A stretch of 37,357 bases of DNA, taken from positions 78,748,890-78,786,246 of the forward strand of contig NC_068986.1 in the NCBI RefSeq assembly GCF_001194135.2, written 5' to 3'. This DNA is from Octopus bimaculoides (lineage: Eukaryota). Positions 35,429 to 37,357 of this stretch are shown here, in pieces (the first letter of the stretch is position 1; each line of letters starts with the position of its first letter). Made by a program: the position numbers and the translations under genes. The notes under the pieces were generated by a model. That model was not told the DNA's origin. It did no database searches and was given only the letters and a program-made list of their open reading frames with translations.

Positions 35429-36389
35429 TATATATNNNNNNNNNNNNNNNNNNNNNNNNNNNNNNNNNNNNNNNNNNNNNNNNNNNNNNNNNNNNNNNNN
35501 NNNNNNNNNNNNNNNNNNNNNNNNNNNNNNNNNNNNNNNNNNNNNNNNNNNNNNNNNNNNNNNNNNNNNNNNNNNNNNNNNNNNNNNNNNNNNNNNNNNN
35601 NNNNNNNNNNNNNNNNNNNNNNNNNNNNNNNNNNNNNNNNNNNNNNNNNNNNNNNNNNNNNNNNNNNNNNNNNNNNNNNNNNNNNNNNNNNNNNNNNNNN
35701 NNNNNNNNNNNNNNNNNNNNNNNNNNNNNNNNNNNNNNNNNNNNNNNNNNNNNNNNNNNNNNNNNNNNNNNNNNNNNNNNNNNNNNNNNNNNNNNNNNNN
35801 NNNNNNNNNNNNNNNNNNNNNNNNNNNNNNNNNNNNNNNNNNNNNNNNNNNNNNNNNNNNNNNNNNNNNNNNNNNNNNNNNNNNNNNNNNNNNNNNNNNN
35901 NNNNNNNNNNNNNNNNNNNNNNNNNNNNNNNNNNNNNNNNNNNNNNNNNNNNNNNNNNNNNNNNNNNNNNNNNNNNNNNNNNNNNNNNNNNNNNNNNNNN
36001 NNNNNNNNNNNNNNNNNNNNNNNNNNNNNNNNNNNNNNNNNNNNNNNNNNNNNNNNNNNNNNNNNNNNNNNNNNNNNNNNNNNNNNNNNNNNNNNNNNNN
36101 NNNNNNNNNNNNNNNNNNNNNNNNNNNNNNNNNNNNNNNNNNNNNNNNNNNNNNNNNNNNNNNNNNNNNNNNNNNNNNNNNNNNNNNNNNNNNNNNNNNN
36201 NNNNNNNNNNNATATATATATATATAGTCCTGGTATGACTCTAAACTACATCCGGTAGTGGGACCTCGGGGCCCTGGTTTCAGGGTCTGAGGAGTGTGGA
36301 ACCACCTCTTAGCCACTATTGTTCCAAGGTCTACTATGGTCCGAGTTGGTAGCAGCTGTAAGGGCCCCAGCTATGGGTCAACTAGAAAA

Positions 36390-37010
36390 CGCCCTAGTGA
36401 TTGAAGGAGGGGGTTGAATGCATTCGTTGTATTCCCTGCGTATCGTAGGAAGCGACAAATAGGAGTAGTTCTGTTTCCTAAAAGACAACAAGAAAAAAAA
36501 AAAACAAGGGATGAGAGAAGATTAGCACCAAATCTCACCCTAGCACTAGGGTCATGGAATGTGCGTGGGTGGAGTACAAATGAGGTAAAGAGGAAAGTGA
36601 TAGGAAGTGAGATGATGAGGAGAAAGATAGGTGTGCTTGCGAATCTAAGATGAAAGATAAGGGGAAGTACCAGTTTGGTGATGTGACTGGAAACCTTTCG
36701 TGGTTAGAGGTGTTGGAGTTACCGAGGTAAGAGAGTTAATTAATGATAGGAAAGCTTGGAGAGTGTTTGTGGACGGATGAGTGAATTAATGTTGCTCAAA
36801 GGGGTACGGGACCAGTATGATGTGCGGGGATAAACGAGCATATGCTGTCGAGCCCCGTTGCTAATATCGAGGTTTGCTTTCTATGCCTCGACCCGAGCAT
36901 AGGACGGGGATTTCCTCTTTGAGCTGGGAAATGAATGAAATGCCTCGTGCGTGTGTTGTTGTGGCTACTCCACCTTATGGGGAATAGGCCTTGGTAATAA
37001 ATAAATAAAT
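36390..37010 (+). mobile_element. Internally deleted RTE-like LINE (APE N-terminus joined to ORF C-terminus, 3' UTR and (TAAA)n tail)
   Basis: LALGSWNVRGWSTNEVKRKVIGSEMMRRKIGVLA carries the APE GSWNVRG motif. About 150 nt later comes DRKAWRVFVDG*, resembling the RTE ORF end DR..WR..V, then a ~210-nt UTR and taataaataaataaat. Confidence 0.7.
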
Positions 37011-37357
37011 ATATATATATATATGTGTATGNNNNNNNNNNATATCCCTGTCTTTATTTGATATCTAATAGTTTCTACACGCATTTCCAAGTGCATCCGT
37101 TTATACATTTAAGTATATATTCTTACCACTACATTCCTATGTCACGTAATTCATGTATATCTGTACATTAATCCTAGAGTTATTGTTGTATGTATAAGTA
37201 TGAGTACGTATATACCTGCATGTGTTTTGTTCCTTATATTCACATGTCTAAATGTATGTAAGCATCAATATATAAGAATAGATACTTGTATTCAAATAAA
37301 TGTGAATATGCAAGCGTTCTGAACATGCCATTTGTATATATATAAATATATATATAT

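Noticed and set aside
1-37357. CRISPR arrays, rRNA or bona fide tRNA genes
   Set aside because: No repeat-spacer array or rRNA-like sequence; tRNA-like boxes occur only in SINE heads.

Overview
AT-rich, microsatellite-dense eukaryotic scaffold with 7 N-gaps. The SINE families look like those of Octopus/coleoid cephalopods; this rests on recognition, not a database search. No complete protein-coding gene, rRNA, tRNA or CRISPR array is supported. Most non-simple sequence is transposon debris: two Penelope-like retroelement fragments, one carrying a minimal hammerhead ribozyme at 3721-3766; four co-oriented R4/Dong-clade (restriction-like endonuclease) LINE 3' fragments stacked at trinucleotide microsatellites; three RTE-like LINE remnants; a deleted Ty3/Gypsy gag-pol; a mariner-derived MITE; a second MITE with perfect 43-bp inverted repeats; and two SINE families, some tandem or nested with visible target-site duplications. 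A ~270-bp inverted duplication with exon-like borders and several weak candidate exons hint at an unidentified, possibly pseudogenised, spliced host gene. All alignments and translations were done by eye, and element boundaries are approximate.
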